Source: an uncultured Prevotella sp. (GTDB lineage: Bacteria > Bacteroidota > Bacteroidia > Bacteroidales > Bacteroidaceae). Taken from it: a DNA stretch of 64,000 nucleotides. Below are positions 30,464 through 40,185 of this stretch, piece by piece. Location of the stretch: NCBI GenBank assembly GCA_944320235.1, contig CALUGQ010000010.1:2040-66039 (forward strand), given 5' to 3'. The notes under the pieces are model-generated. The model did no database searches and was not told the origin of the DNA. It was given only the letters and a program-made list of their open reading frames with translations. Positions within the stretch are counted from its first letter, which is position 1; the number at the start of each line of letters is the position of its first letter. A program made the position numbers and the translations under genes.

Positions 30464-32137
30464 ATGAAGCACGCGCCAACCATAATAATCACCATGCTCG
30501 CCCTGCTGCTACTGGCCGCCTGCGGACGCCACAGGTACCCGCCAGGGTTGGCCAAAGTGGACAGCATCGCCGCCGCCCATCCCGACAGCGCGGCCTCGAT
30601 GCTCAGCCAGATGGCCGCCGACACGGCCACATGGGCCGAAGACGCGCGCATGTACTACAGCCTATTGCGCCTCGAAACCGCCGACCGACTGTACGAAACG
30701 CCACGCTCAGACTCGGCAGTGCTCCCACTGCTGCGCTACTACGAGCAGGGCGGCGACCGCCGCCTGCTGCCCAGGGCTTACTACACAGCAGGGAAGATTT
30801 ACACGGAAATGAAAGACGCGCAGCAGGCTGCAAAATATTTCAGGCTTGTCCTTGAGACCGCAAAAGGAGATGACAAATCACTCATCAAAAGCAGGGCTTA
30901 CTCACGCATTGGATATATGTTTGCAGAAAGTGAGCTCTACGATGACGCATTGGATATGTTCATGCGTTCCTATAACATAACATCACAATCAAGGGACACA
31001 ACTAACATGATTTATGACCTACGCGACATTGCACGCACCTATGCCGACAAAAACATCATTGACAGTGCTCTCAATACATACAACAAAGCTTTGAAATTAG
31101 CAATAAAGCAAGGCAACAAAAAGATGGAGGCATCTGCCAACACACAAATAGCTGCACTTTATGAAAAAGAGGGGCAATACGCACTTGCCTGGAGACATCT
31201 GCGTCCTGCCATATCATACAACAACCCTCATGAAAGGAATGCGATGTTGGCAATCGCTGCCCGTCTGTTTTCCAAAGAAGACAAACTGGACTCGGCCGTG
31301 ATTTGCTACAACGCACTTGCAGAAAAAGGCAATTCGTTTGGCAAACACGCAGCACATACATGGTTGGCAGAACATTATTCAAATACAGGTGACACAAGAA
31401 AAGCCACACATCACCTTAAGCTCAGCAAACAATATGCAGATTCAGTAAATTTAAAACGTGCAGCAAGCGCAGTGAACTTGGAGGTTGCGTTATACGACAA
31501 CAACTCCCTCAAAAATGAAAACCAAAAACAACACAACATCATCATAGCCATGACTATATGCTTCATTTGCATTGTCTCTATTTATTTTGCCAGGCCCATC
31601 CTAAAAGAAAGAGTTACCATGAACAAAGGAACACATAAAAACACAGCAACAGAGACAGAAAGCAAAGGAGCAAGCCATACAACAAATGGAAATCACAAGA
31701 TTAACGTTGTTACTTCAAATGACGGCAAACAACATTTGCCTATAACGCCCCCAGCAGCAAACATTGACCTTGACACACTAAAAAAAGAGCAAAAGAACAA
31801 AATAAAAGAATCACGCATATACAACGAAATACGCAAGAAACTGGACAAGACTGGGCAACCACAGCCTTTGTCGGATGAAGAATGGGAAGAACTTGCATCA
31901 ACCGTAGATACCATATACACAGATTTCAGAAAACGGCTTTATGAACTCTGTGACATGAGCGTGGCCGACTATCATGTGTGCCTGCTACTAAAAATAAATC
32001 TCAAACTTCGCGAAATAGCATCACTTACTTGCCTCTCTTACCAAGGGCTCGCATCTGTACGCATAAAACTATACATGAGAGCATTTAAAGAAAAAGGCGA
32101 AGCAAAAGCTTGGGACAAAGTTATTCTTGAGCTATAA
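30464..32137 (+). CDS. TPR-repeat lipoprotein/membrane sensor with C-terminal HTH-like (LuxR-type) domain
   Basis: Lipobox LLLLAAC, TPR helices, TM IIIAMTICFICIVSIYFA, C-terminal EEWEEL...VCLLLKINLKLREIA...SVRIKL. Confidence 0.75.
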   Translation: MKHAPTIIITMLALLLLAACGRHRYPPGLAKVDSIAAAHPDSAASMLSQMAADTATWAEDARMYYSLLRLETADRLYETPRSDSAVLPLLRYYEQGGDRRLLPRAYYTAGKIYTEMKDAQQAAKYFRLVLETAKGDDKSLIKSRAYSRIGYMFAESELYDDALDMFMRSYNITSQSRDTTNMIYDLRDIARTYADKNIIDSALNTYNKALKLAIKQGNKKMEASANTQIAALYEKEGQYALAWRHLRPAISYNNPHERNAMLAIAARLFSKEDKLDSAVICYNALAEKGNSFGKHAAHTWLAEHYSNTGDTRKATHHLKLSKQYADSVNLKRAASAVNLEVALYDNNSLKNENQKQHNIIIAMTICFICIVSIYFARPILKERVTMNKGTHKNTATETESKGASHTTNGNHKINVVTSNDGKQHLPITPPAANIDLDTLKKEQKNKIKESRIYNEIRKKLDKTGQPQPLSDEEWEELASTVDTIYTDFRKRLYELCDMSVADYHVCLLLKINLKLREIASLTCLSYQGLASVRIKLYMRAFKEKGEAKAWDKVILEL

Positions 32138-32207
32138 GCATCATCACGAGAAATCAAAAAAGGCCAATATCTTACAATATAACAGAACTATACGTAAAAA
32201 AACGACA

Positions 32208-32287
32208 ATAAGAAGCAATTAAGAACCATTTGAGAAGTAATTGAGAAGTAAAAAGCTTTGTCGGCCAATCACTATTTTATAACTTTG
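32208..32287 (+). promoter_or_regulatory. Bacteroidetes sigma-A promoter preceded by four 11-bp direct repeats
   Basis: TTTG 32257-32260, 19-nt spacer, TAACTTTG 32280-32287; repeats ataagaagcaa/ttaagaaccat/ttgagaagtaa/ttgagaagtaa. Confidence 0.75.
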
Positions 32288-32314
32288 CACTCAACAAAAC
32301 CAAAATTAACGCTT

Positions 32315-32665
32315 ATGAAAAAAGTATTATTTACTTATCTCGCAATGGCCATCTGTGTTTCAAGCTTAGCCAGCACCAATGTAGTGCAATGGCAAAACGA
32401 TGACGAGACAAGGGGTGAACCCAAACCCAACATACACACTCCTACAATAACTTTCGATGAAAGTTCCGTCTACCTGCGCACCGACTCTGGAGCAGTAGCC
32501 GCCAACATCACCATAACAGGCACGGGCGGAACAATAATGTACAGCGGCGAGACGGTGCTAACGCCAGGCGTACAGGCCATCAGCGTACCCGACACCGACG
32601 GAGAAGAGAAGTACATGATAGAGATAACCACCGACAGGCGGAGGCTCTACGGATACTTCATGTAA
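32315..32665 (+). CDS. Small secreted DUF3244-like Ig-fold protein
   Basis: Signal peptide, beta-rich body ending YMIEITTDRRRLYGYF; directly after a TPR regulator. Confidence 0.7.
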   Translation: MKKVLFTYLAMAICVSSLASTNVVQWQNDDETRGEPKPNIHTPTITFDESSVYLRTDSGAVAANITITGTGGTIMYSGETVLTPGVQAISVPDTDGEEKYMIEITTDRRRLYGYFM

Positions 32666-32780
32666 TCAACGTGAAACTCTGAAAAAAAACAAACGGGTAC
32701 CCATGCCCGCCCGCGGGAAAATGGGAGCAACGCCCCTAACGCTTCAGCACGGGGCAAAACAACAATAAAATAAAACAAAC

Positions 32781-33164
32781 ATGAAAAAGACATTGGCCAT
32801 GGTCGTGCTCACGGCCGCATTCTGCGCAACGGCAAACGCACAAGGAACGTCAATACCAAAGGAAGTCAAAGAGACTTTTTATGGAACGAAAGCCAGCAAA
32901 AGCCCGAACAACCCATGCAAGGGCGCGACGACACGCGTTTGCGGAATAAGAGTCATCACCTATTCTGACATGGGCGACAACACCACGCGCGTAACGAGGC
33001 TGACAACCGACTGCGACGGCGACGTGCTCGAAAACTGGACAAACATTCTTCCATTCCCCTTTGATATCATAGCGGAGTACCCCGGAGACGTTAACTTCAC
33101 CGACATCAAACATCGTGGAGACAACGATGACAACGGCAACACAGACGGCACGCCACTTCCATAA
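32781..33164 (+). CDS. Small secreted Cys-containing protein, copy A
   Basis: Signal peptide, NNPCKGATTRVC motif; 102/127 identical to 36262-36645 by manual alignment. Confidence 0.85.
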   Translation: MKKTLAMVVLTAAFCATANAQGTSIPKEVKETFYGTKASKSPNNPCKGATTRVCGIRVITYSDMGDNTTRVTRLTTDCDGDVLENWTNILPFPFDIIAEYPGDVNFTDIKHRGDNDDNGNTDGTPLP

Positions 33165-33177
33165 ACGCAATTCGCCA

Positions 33178-34962
33178 ATGAAGATATTATCCATAATATT
33201 CTTATCTTTACTAATGGGCATAGTTTCCCGCGCAGAGGACTTCCCTCTCGTGCGGGAAACGATGTCGCTTTCGCTGCAAGTACGCCAAAAGCCAGGCACG
33301 GAAGGTCTTTTAAAGGAATACCTTGGCATGGTGCCTGCCGACCAAGACACCATATATGCCATTCTCTACGAGCCGGGCTTCTGCCCGAGATGCGAGGTGT
33401 TCATAAACGGAGTTGGCGGATTGCTCAAGCAGCAATCGCCCACAAGCAGGCTCGTGCTCATCACCACTTACAGCGACTCCGCGAGGGCTGCCGCCTACAA
33501 CAAGGCCAAGGAATATGCCGCCGATTACTACGTCTACGACACAGACAAAGCCTTTCTCAACATATTCAGCTTCAACTCCAGTGGACTTTCGGGCTTATAC
33601 TTGTTCAAGATTTGCAAGTCGAAGGGCGAAGTGCTGACGGGAGGGGTAAACTACTTCGCCACGCCTGAGTTCGTAAAGGAACTGGCACAGTGGACAGAAC
33701 GGATGCCGCCCCACGACTATGCGATAGACGAAAAAGGTTACGACATGGGGAAATGGGAACTGCAGCGCCCTCAATGCCCACCCATCGGCACTGCCTACAC
33801 CGACTACCCAATAGCCCCGGACGGACAGATGCTGTCGCACGTGTTCGACATACCGAAGTTCGACGGCAGCCACTTTTACTACACCGACAAGCTAAGCGAG
33901 GGCGTGATGCTGTTTAAAATCGACGGCGATTCGCTACGCTTCAAGGCGCACATAGAAGCCGACAGCACCGAGCGTTACAGCTTTATCAAGGTAAGCAAGG
34001 AGGCCCGCAAGCATATTACAGACGACGATTTGTCGTTCATACCGCTTGCAACTAGCATCATAGACAGCACGCGCATCGGCGTGTCTTACTCGCTGCCCAA
34101 CGTCACCGAGGACACCATTGCCAAGCAGCTTGGCTTTTACAACGAGCCTGTGTTGCTCCTGCGCGACCTCAACACGCTTAAGCCGCTGCCGCTCTACGAG
34201 CCGCTTTTCAACATTGAAAACGACACACTGTTCTTCTACCAGCACTTCAACTTCTGCGTGTTCAAGGGCAACGTCATCTATAGCTGCCAGAAGATGACAT
34301 TCCCCATGGAGTACGAACGATGGGAATACGAGCACAACCCCGCGCTCAACCCGTTCACGCCGGAGTTCTACCGTAGCGGCAACCCGTGGCTGGCGGCGTT
34401 CAACCTCAGTACGGGCAAGCTCTCCGCGCGCTTCGCCGAGCTTGAGCCTTGCGCCGAGGCCGGCCGCACGGGCTATTACTACCAGAACCCGCTGATGTAC
34501 AGCGACGGCAAGGAACTGCTCTATGCCGACGGGTTCTCTGGCACGGTACACATCACACGCGACATCGACGGCGGCCCGGTGGAGAGCTTCTCGGCCTTTG
34601 CCGTGGACACCGCGGCGTTCCCGCAGCCCGACACGGCCATGTTCTACCGCCGCGAATACTTCAAGGCTTACGACCGCTTTTACTACCGATGCATAATGCA
34701 CGCGCGCATGGATGCCGACAAGGTGTGCTGCCTCGTGATGTACTCCCGACGCGATGTGGCCAAGCCAGGACCCGAAACGAACGACTATACCCTCGTGACC
34801 ATCGACCGACGCACGGGCCTTGCCACTGAGCGGATGCTGCCGCGATACCCGGGAATGCGCCCCCTGGGCTACGGACTGCGCACTGACAACGGGCAGATAC
34901 GCCCCTTCGGCTTCTACCGCCGCGCCGACGGCAGCTACGTGGTGCGCCTGTGGGGCGAATGA
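33178..34962 (+). CDS. Exported protein with N-terminal CPRC thioredoxin-like motif, copy A
   Basis: Signal peptide, LYEPGFCPRCE, beta-rich C-terminal region; paralog at 36659-38449. Confidence 0.8.
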   Translation: MKILSIIFLSLLMGIVSRAEDFPLVRETMSLSLQVRQKPGTEGLLKEYLGMVPADQDTIYAILYEPGFCPRCEVFINGVGGLLKQQSPTSRLVLITTYSDSARAAAYNKAKEYAADYYVYDTDKAFLNIFSFNSSGLSGLYLFKICKSKGEVLTGGVNYFATPEFVKELAQWTERMPPHDYAIDEKGYDMGKWELQRPQCPPIGTAYTDYPIAPDGQMLSHVFDIPKFDGSHFYYTDKLSEGVMLFKIDGDSLRFKAHIEADSTERYSFIKVSKEARKHITDDDLSFIPLATSIIDSTRIGVSYSLPNVTEDTIAKQLGFYNEPVLLLRDLNTLKPLPLYEPLFNIENDTLFFYQHFNFCVFKGNVIYSCQKMTFPMEYERWEYEHNPALNPFTPEFYRSGNPWLAAFNLSTGKLSARFAELEPCAEAGRTGYYYQNPLMYSDGKELLYADGFSGTVHITRDIDGGPVESFSAFAVDTAAFPQPDTAMFYRREYFKAYDRFYYRCIMHARMDADKVCCLVMYSRRDVAKPGPETNDYTLVTIDRRTGLATERMLPRYPGMRPLGYGLRTDNGQIRPFGFYRRADGSYVVRLWGE

Positions 34963-35252
34963 CTGCGGCGAGTCGGTGCTAACACCCGGCGTACAGGGAC
35001 GGCGACTTTAACCCAAAGCTATATTTACAGTACAGCCGTATTGAGTCCATAAACGTCAAAAGACTACTTAGCCTTTTCATGGAAGCTTACGAAATGTACC
35101 CTAACGACATTGATGACATTGCGGAAGTAGTAAACCATTACACCGCAATCATGGAGACAAACAACGAACTCACTGAAAGAGAAAAAATGATTATATATGG
35201 AGCACTCACCATTTCACTCTACAGCCCGCAACTATGGAATAACTTTGAATAG
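34959..35252 (+). pseudogene. Probable gene remnant (3' part of an unknown gene)
   Basis: ATG 34959 overlaps the upstream stop, in-frame TAA 34980, then 89 open codons ending EREKMIIYGALTISLYSPQLWNNFE. Confidence 0.45.
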
Positions 35253-35409
35253 CTTGTTCTGGGATGCGCTCACGCTCGTGTTCATATGGATAGTCTTTGG
35301 CATAGGATACGTTTTGTGGTTATTCACCGCCATCACCATCGTAGAGAACATTTTCCGCATAGCTTGGATGATAAGAAAAAGGAAAAGGCAACTTGAAGAA
35401 CATGAATAA
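35245..35409 (+). CDS. Small membrane protein
   Basis: TTG start overlapping the previous stop; hydrophobic helices followed by RKRKR. Confidence 0.45.
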   Translation: MNSLFWDALTLVFIWIVFGIGYVLWLFTAITIVENIFRIAWMIRKRKRQLEEHE

Positions 35410-36112
35410 CAATGCGATGACATTAAGTTACGAAAGACAAGTCGCCCACATCGCCACGGCATGCGCGTGCGGGGTTATCATGGCATTGACGCCCATGCAG
35501 GGGGCATGGGTGGCAGTCGGTGGGGCGCTGATAATATCTGTCGTTTGCACGGTGTTTGCCATGAGCCTGCGCTCCCGAGGCGCAGCCGAAGCATGGAGCC
35601 CCACCCTTTCTTCCGATGCGGCCATGGCCGGCTGCGCCATGCTCGTGCCGTGCCTTACGCAATCGCACGGGTGGCTGGCACTGCCGCTCATGCTCATCCC
35701 CGCAGCAGATGCGCTGTTGGCCTTGCGCAGCAAGCCAACAGCCGAAGAGCCGCCTGCCAGGCAGAGCCTTGCCCTCCTGGCCTTGGAGGCCGCACTCATT
35801 GCCGTGGCAGTGGCCTTGGCGCTGGCCTACGGCGTTGACGGATGGAACGCGCCCCGCTTGGCTTGCGCAGCCGTCTCCATGCTGATGCTTGCAGTGGCGA
35901 TATGCACCATGGGCGGATGGGGCATGGCGAAAGTGCCGCACAAGGAGAGGCGACTGTCGCTCTGCATCATGCCAATCCCCATTGCCATCTGTGTCTACGG
36001 CTTGGCTTACGGCGATGGCGCGGCGGCCAAAGCCATTTGCCTGTCCACGGCGGCTGCATGCGCCGCCGTGCTGGAGATTGACAAGCACAGGACAAAGCCA
36101 CGACGAACATGA
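35402..36112 (+). CDS. Multi-pass membrane protein
   Basis: About 8 hydrophobic helices; start overlaps the previous stop. Confidence 0.65.
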   Translation: MNNNAMTLSYERQVAHIATACACGVIMALTPMQGAWVAVGGALIISVVCTVFAMSLRSRGAAEAWSPTLSSDAAMAGCAMLVPCLTQSHGWLALPLMLIPAADALLALRSKPTAEEPPARQSLALLALEAALIAVAVALALAYGVDGWNAPRLACAAVSMLMLAVAICTMGGWGMAKVPHKERRLSLCIMPIPIAICVYGLAYGDGAAAKAICLSTAAACAAVLEIDKHRTKPRRT

Positions 36113-36261
36113 AACAATGAATGCACCACTGACCAACCCATAGGGGCAACCGAAAGCAAACTGGCTCTCACCTTCAGCAGGCCACTCATGCCCTGCACGC
36201 AAAAGCATGGAAGCAACGCCCCTAACGCTTCAGCACGGGGCAAAACATAACACGTTATAAC

Positions 36262-36645
36262 ATGAAAAAGACATTGTTTATGGCTGCGCTCGCAGCTACT
36301 TTCTGCGCCACGGCAAGCGCACAAGGAACGTCAATACCCAAGGAAGTCAAAGAGACTTTTTATGGAACGAAAGCCAGCAAAAAACCGAACAACCCATGCA
36401 AGGGCGCGACGACACGCGTTTGCGGAATAAGAATCATCACCCATTCTGACATGGGTGACAACACCACGCGCATAACGAGGCTGACAACCGACTGCGACGG
36501 CGACGTGCTCGAAAACTGGACAAACATAATTCCATTCCCCATTGATTCCATCGCGAAGTCCCCCGGAGCCGGCAAGTCCTTCGACATCAGGCATCGTGGG
36601 AACAACGATGACAATGACAACACAGGTGGCACGCCACGTCCATAA
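36262..36645 (+). CDS. Small secreted Cys-containing protein, copy B
   Basis: Paralog of 32781-33164. Confidence 0.85.
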   Translation: MKKTLFMAALAATFCATASAQGTSIPKEVKETFYGTKASKKPNNPCKGATTRVCGIRIITHSDMGDNTTRITRLTTDCDGDVLENWTNIIPFPIDSIAKSPGAGKSFDIRHRGNNDDNDNTGGTPRP

Positions 36646-36658
36646 ACGCAATTCGCCA

Positions 36659-38449
36659 ATGAAGAGATTATCCATAATATTCTTCTCTTTACTAATGGGC
36701 ATAGTTTCCCGCGCAGAGGACTTCCCCCTCGTGCGGGAAACCATCGCCATGGAGCTGCAGATACGGCAGAAACCCGGCACCGAGCCATTGCTGAAAGACT
36801 ACCTCAGCAGCATAAGCGCGCCCAACGACACGGTGTACGCCATACTCTACGAGCCTACTTTCTGCCCACGCTGCGAAATAGACATAAAGCCATACAGCAA
36901 GATGCTGAGTGAGCTTGCGCCGCAAAGCCCGTTCGTGCTGATTACCGCTTACCCCGACTCGGCGAGGGCCGCGGCCTACAACAAGGAGAAAGGATACGCC
37001 GCCGACGGCTACATATACGACACGGACGAGGCGTTCATGCGCATCTTCAGCTTCAACACAAACGGCCTCTCCGGCCTGTACATCCTGAAGATGTGCAAAT
37101 CCACGGGCGAACTCCTCGTAGGGGCAAACAGCTTCTACACAAGCATGGAATACACAAAAGAGCTTACTGGCTGGACGGAACGGATGGAACAGCACAACTT
37201 CGCGCAGGCCTCCGGCGCTGCTGGCGGCGAACCATGGCAGCTGCCACGCCCGGCGTGCGAGCCGCTCACCGGCCCATTCACCGACCATGGGCTGAAGCTC
37301 GACGGGCAGATGCTGTCTGACGTGTATGACGTACCCAAGTTTGACTGGCCGTACTTCTTCTACAACGACAAGCTGAACAACTGCGTGATGCTCTTCAAGG
37401 AGGACGGCGGCTCACTGCGCTTCTCCGCACGCATAGAGGCCGACAGCACCGAACGCGACCATTTCATAGAGCTGAGCGATGACTGGAAACGGCTCCTCGA
37501 CAAGTCGAGCCTGTGCTACATACCGCTGGCGGCGACGATGACGGACAGCCAACGGATAGGGGTGTCGTACTCACTGCCCCACGTCATGGAAGACACCATA
37601 GCCAAGAACGGCGGCCTGGCTTTCTTCAACGCACCCGCAATCGTCATTCGCGACGCGGGGACGCTGGCCAAGTCGCCGATGTACTGCCCCGACTTCATGC
37701 TCTTCAAGGACACCACCTACTTCTATGCCCACTTCAACTTCTGCGTGTTCAAGGGCGAGGTGATCTACAGTTGCCAGAAAATGACATGGCCGATGATGTA
37801 TGAGCGGTGGGAATACGAGCACAACCCGGTGATGAACCCTTTCTCCGAGAAGTTCTACAGCAGCGGCAACCCGTGGCTGGCGGCGTTCAGCCTCAGGACG
37901 GGCAAGCTGGTGGAGCGCTTCGCCGAGCTTGAGCCGTGCGCCGAGGCCAGCCGCACCGGCTATTGGTTCGTCAACCCGGTGATGTACAGCAACGGCGACG
38001 AACTTCTGTATTCCGACGGGTTCTCAGGCGCTATCCACATCACTCGCGACATCCACAAGGGCGCAGCCGAGAGCTACTCTGCATTTGCCGTGGACACGGC
38101 GGCGTTCCCGCAGCCCGACACGGCCATGTTCTACCGCCAAGAATACACCAAGGCTTACGACCGCTTTTATTACCGCTGCATAACGGCGGCGAGCATGGAC
38201 GCCGGCAAGGTGACCTGCATCGTGAGGTATGCCCGCAACGACATGGCCAACCCTACAGCCGAGGCGAACGACCACACCGTGGTGACCATCGACCGCCGCA
38301 CGGGCCTCGCCACAGAAAGGCTGATACCACGCTACCAGGGAATGCGCCCCATGGGCTACGGACTGCTCACTGCCAACGGGAGGGTAAGCCCATTCGGCTT
38401 CTACCGACGCGCCGACGGCAGCTATGTGGTGCGCGTGTGGGATGCATGA
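36659..38449 (+). CDS. Exported CPRC-motif protein, copy B
   Basis: Paralog of 33178-34962 (LYEPTFCPRCE; shared WEYEHNP, FPQPDTAMFYR); ATG 36659. Confidence 0.8.
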   Translation: MKRLSIIFFSLLMGIVSRAEDFPLVRETIAMELQIRQKPGTEPLLKDYLSSISAPNDTVYAILYEPTFCPRCEIDIKPYSKMLSELAPQSPFVLITAYPDSARAAAYNKEKGYAADGYIYDTDEAFMRIFSFNTNGLSGLYILKMCKSTGELLVGANSFYTSMEYTKELTGWTERMEQHNFAQASGAAGGEPWQLPRPACEPLTGPFTDHGLKLDGQMLSDVYDVPKFDWPYFFYNDKLNNCVMLFKEDGGSLRFSARIEADSTERDHFIELSDDWKRLLDKSSLCYIPLAATMTDSQRIGVSYSLPHVMEDTIAKNGGLAFFNAPAIVIRDAGTLAKSPMYCPDFMLFKDTTYFYAHFNFCVFKGEVIYSCQKMTWPMMYERWEYEHNPVMNPFSEKFYSSGNPWLAAFSLRTGKLVERFAELEPCAEASRTGYWFVNPVMYSNGDELLYSDGFSGAIHITRDIHKGAAESYSAFAVDTAAFPQPDTAMFYRQEYTKAYDRFYYRCITAASMDAGKVTCIVRYARNDMANPTAEANDHTVVTIDRRTGLATERLIPRYQGMRPMGYGLLTANGRVSPFGFYRRADGSYVVRVWDA

Positions 38450-38579
38450 CAACGGCTGAAGGCCTCCGGCACACGCCAATCAGCGGGTCTGCCTGCACGC
38501 AAAGGGGAGACGCCGCAGCTGACACGCCGGCCGATGACACGCCACACTCCAGGCAAAACAAGCTGAAACAAACAAAAAG

Positions 38580-38615
38580 AAAGTGAAAACGCGAACTTTT
38601 CCGCGTTTTCACTTT
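38580..38615 (+). terminator. Intrinsic terminator-like hairpin ending island 1
   Basis: Perfect 14-bp stem aaagtgaaaacgcg / cgcgttttcacttt. Confidence 0.65.
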
Positions 38616-38702
38616 GCCGTTTAAGTATTATTTCCTATATTTGCGTTGTCTTTATGACACAATGACACGACTATTACTAAACCTTTAAAACATCGCATTA
38701 CT

Positions 38703-40040
38703 ATGGAAGTGGAGAAGATAATGCAGGCCCTGGAGCAGAAGCATCCGGGCGAGCTTGAGTACTTGCAGGCAGTAAAAGAGGTGCTCATATCGGTGAAGGA
38801 CGTTTACAACCAGCACCCAGAGTTTGAGCGCGCCAAGATAATAGAGCGCATAGTCGAGCCGGAGCGCGTGGTGACGTTCCGCGTGCCTTGGGTTGACGAC
38901 CGCGGCGAGGTACACGTAAACCTTGGCTACCGCGTGCAGTTCAACAGTGCCATCGGCCCGTACAAGGGCGGACTGAGGTTCCACTCGTCGGTCAACCTCT
39001 CCATCCTTAAGTTCCTCGGCTTTGAGCAAACGTTCAAGAACGCGCTCACCACGCTGCCCATGGGCGGCGGCAAGGGCGGTTCCGACTTCTCCATCCGCGG
39101 GCGGTCGGACAACGAGGTGATGCGCTTCTGCCAGGCATTCATGACCGAGCTTTACCGAGTGATAGGCCCCGAGGAGGACATACCCGCAGGCGACATAGGC
39201 GTAGGAGCCCGCGAGATAGGCTACCTGTTCGGCGCATACAAGAAACTTACCCACCGCTGGAACGGCGTGATGACGGGCAAGGGCCTCGAATGGGGAGGCT
39301 CGCGCATACGCCCCGAGGCCACAGGCTACGGTGCGCTGTACTTCGTGAACCAGATGCTGCAGACCCACGGCCATGACATAAAGGGCAAGACCGTGGCCAT
39401 AAGCGGATTCGGCAACGTGGCCTGGGGCGCGGCAAAGAAAGCCACCGAGCTGGGGGCAAAGGTCATCACCATCTCCGGGCCCGACGGTTACATCTACGAC
39501 CCGGCCGGCCTCGACGACGAAAAGATAGCCTATATGCTTGAGCTGCGCGCCAGCGGCAACGACATCTGCCAGCCTTACGCCGACGAATTCCCCGGCTCTG
39601 AGTTCCGCGCCGGGCGCAAGCCGTGGGAGGTGAAGTGCGACATCGCGCTGCCGTGCGCCACGCAGAACGAGCTTAACGGCGACGATGCCGACCAGCTGCT
39701 GGCCAACAAGCCGCTGTGCGTGGCCGAGGTTTCCAACATGGGATGCACCGCCGAGGCCGCCGAGAAGTTCGTGGCCGCCAAGCAGCTCTTCGCCCCGGGC
39801 AAGGCCGTCAACGCCGGAGGCGTGGCCACGTCGGGCCTGGAGATGACGCAGAACGCCATGCGCCTGAGCTGGAGCGAGGCCGAGGTAGACGACAAGCTGC
39901 ACTACATCATGCACAACATCCACGACCAATGCGTGAAGTACGGGCGCGAGGCCGACGGATACGTGGACTACGTGAAGGGTGCCAACATCGCCGGATTCAT
40001 GAAAGTGGCCAACGCCATGATGGCACAGGGCATTGTCTGA
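38703..40040 (+). CDS. gdhA: NADP-specific glutamate dehydrogenase
   Basis: GPYKGGLRF, KNALT, GGGKGG, SGFGNVA, KAVNAGGV. Confidence 0.95.
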   Translation: MEVEKIMQALEQKHPGELEYLQAVKEVLISVKDVYNQHPEFERAKIIERIVEPERVVTFRVPWVDDRGEVHVNLGYRVQFNSAIGPYKGGLRFHSSVNLSILKFLGFEQTFKNALTTLPMGGGKGGSDFSIRGRSDNEVMRFCQAFMTELYRVIGPEEDIPAGDIGVGAREIGYLFGAYKKLTHRWNGVMTGKGLEWGGSRIRPEATGYGALYFVNQMLQTHGHDIKGKTVAISGFGNVAWGAAKKATELGAKVITISGPDGYIYDPAGLDDEKIAYMLELRASGNDICQPYADEFPGSEFRAGRKPWEVKCDIALPCATQNELNGDDADQLLANKPLCVAEVSNMGCTAEAAEKFVAAKQLFAPGKAVNAGGVATSGLEMTQNAMRLSWSEAEVDDKLHYIMHNIHDQCVKYGREADGYVDYVKGANIAGFMKVANAMMAQGIV

Positions 40041-40068
40041 GCACGCCCGGCCATGCCCCAAGGCTGAC

Positions 40069-40142
40069 AAACGGGGCTGACCGCAGAATGATTGCCGCAC
40101 GGCACCGCGCCGGAAGCAATAAAACTGCGGTCAGCCCCGTTT
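40069..40142 (+). terminator. 18-bp inverted repeat after gdhA
   Basis: aaacggggctgaccgcag ... ctgcggtcagccccgttt. Confidence 0.6.
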
Positions 40143-40185
40143 ATTATGTAGTACCTGTGACTGCCAATAGCAAAACCAAGACAAA

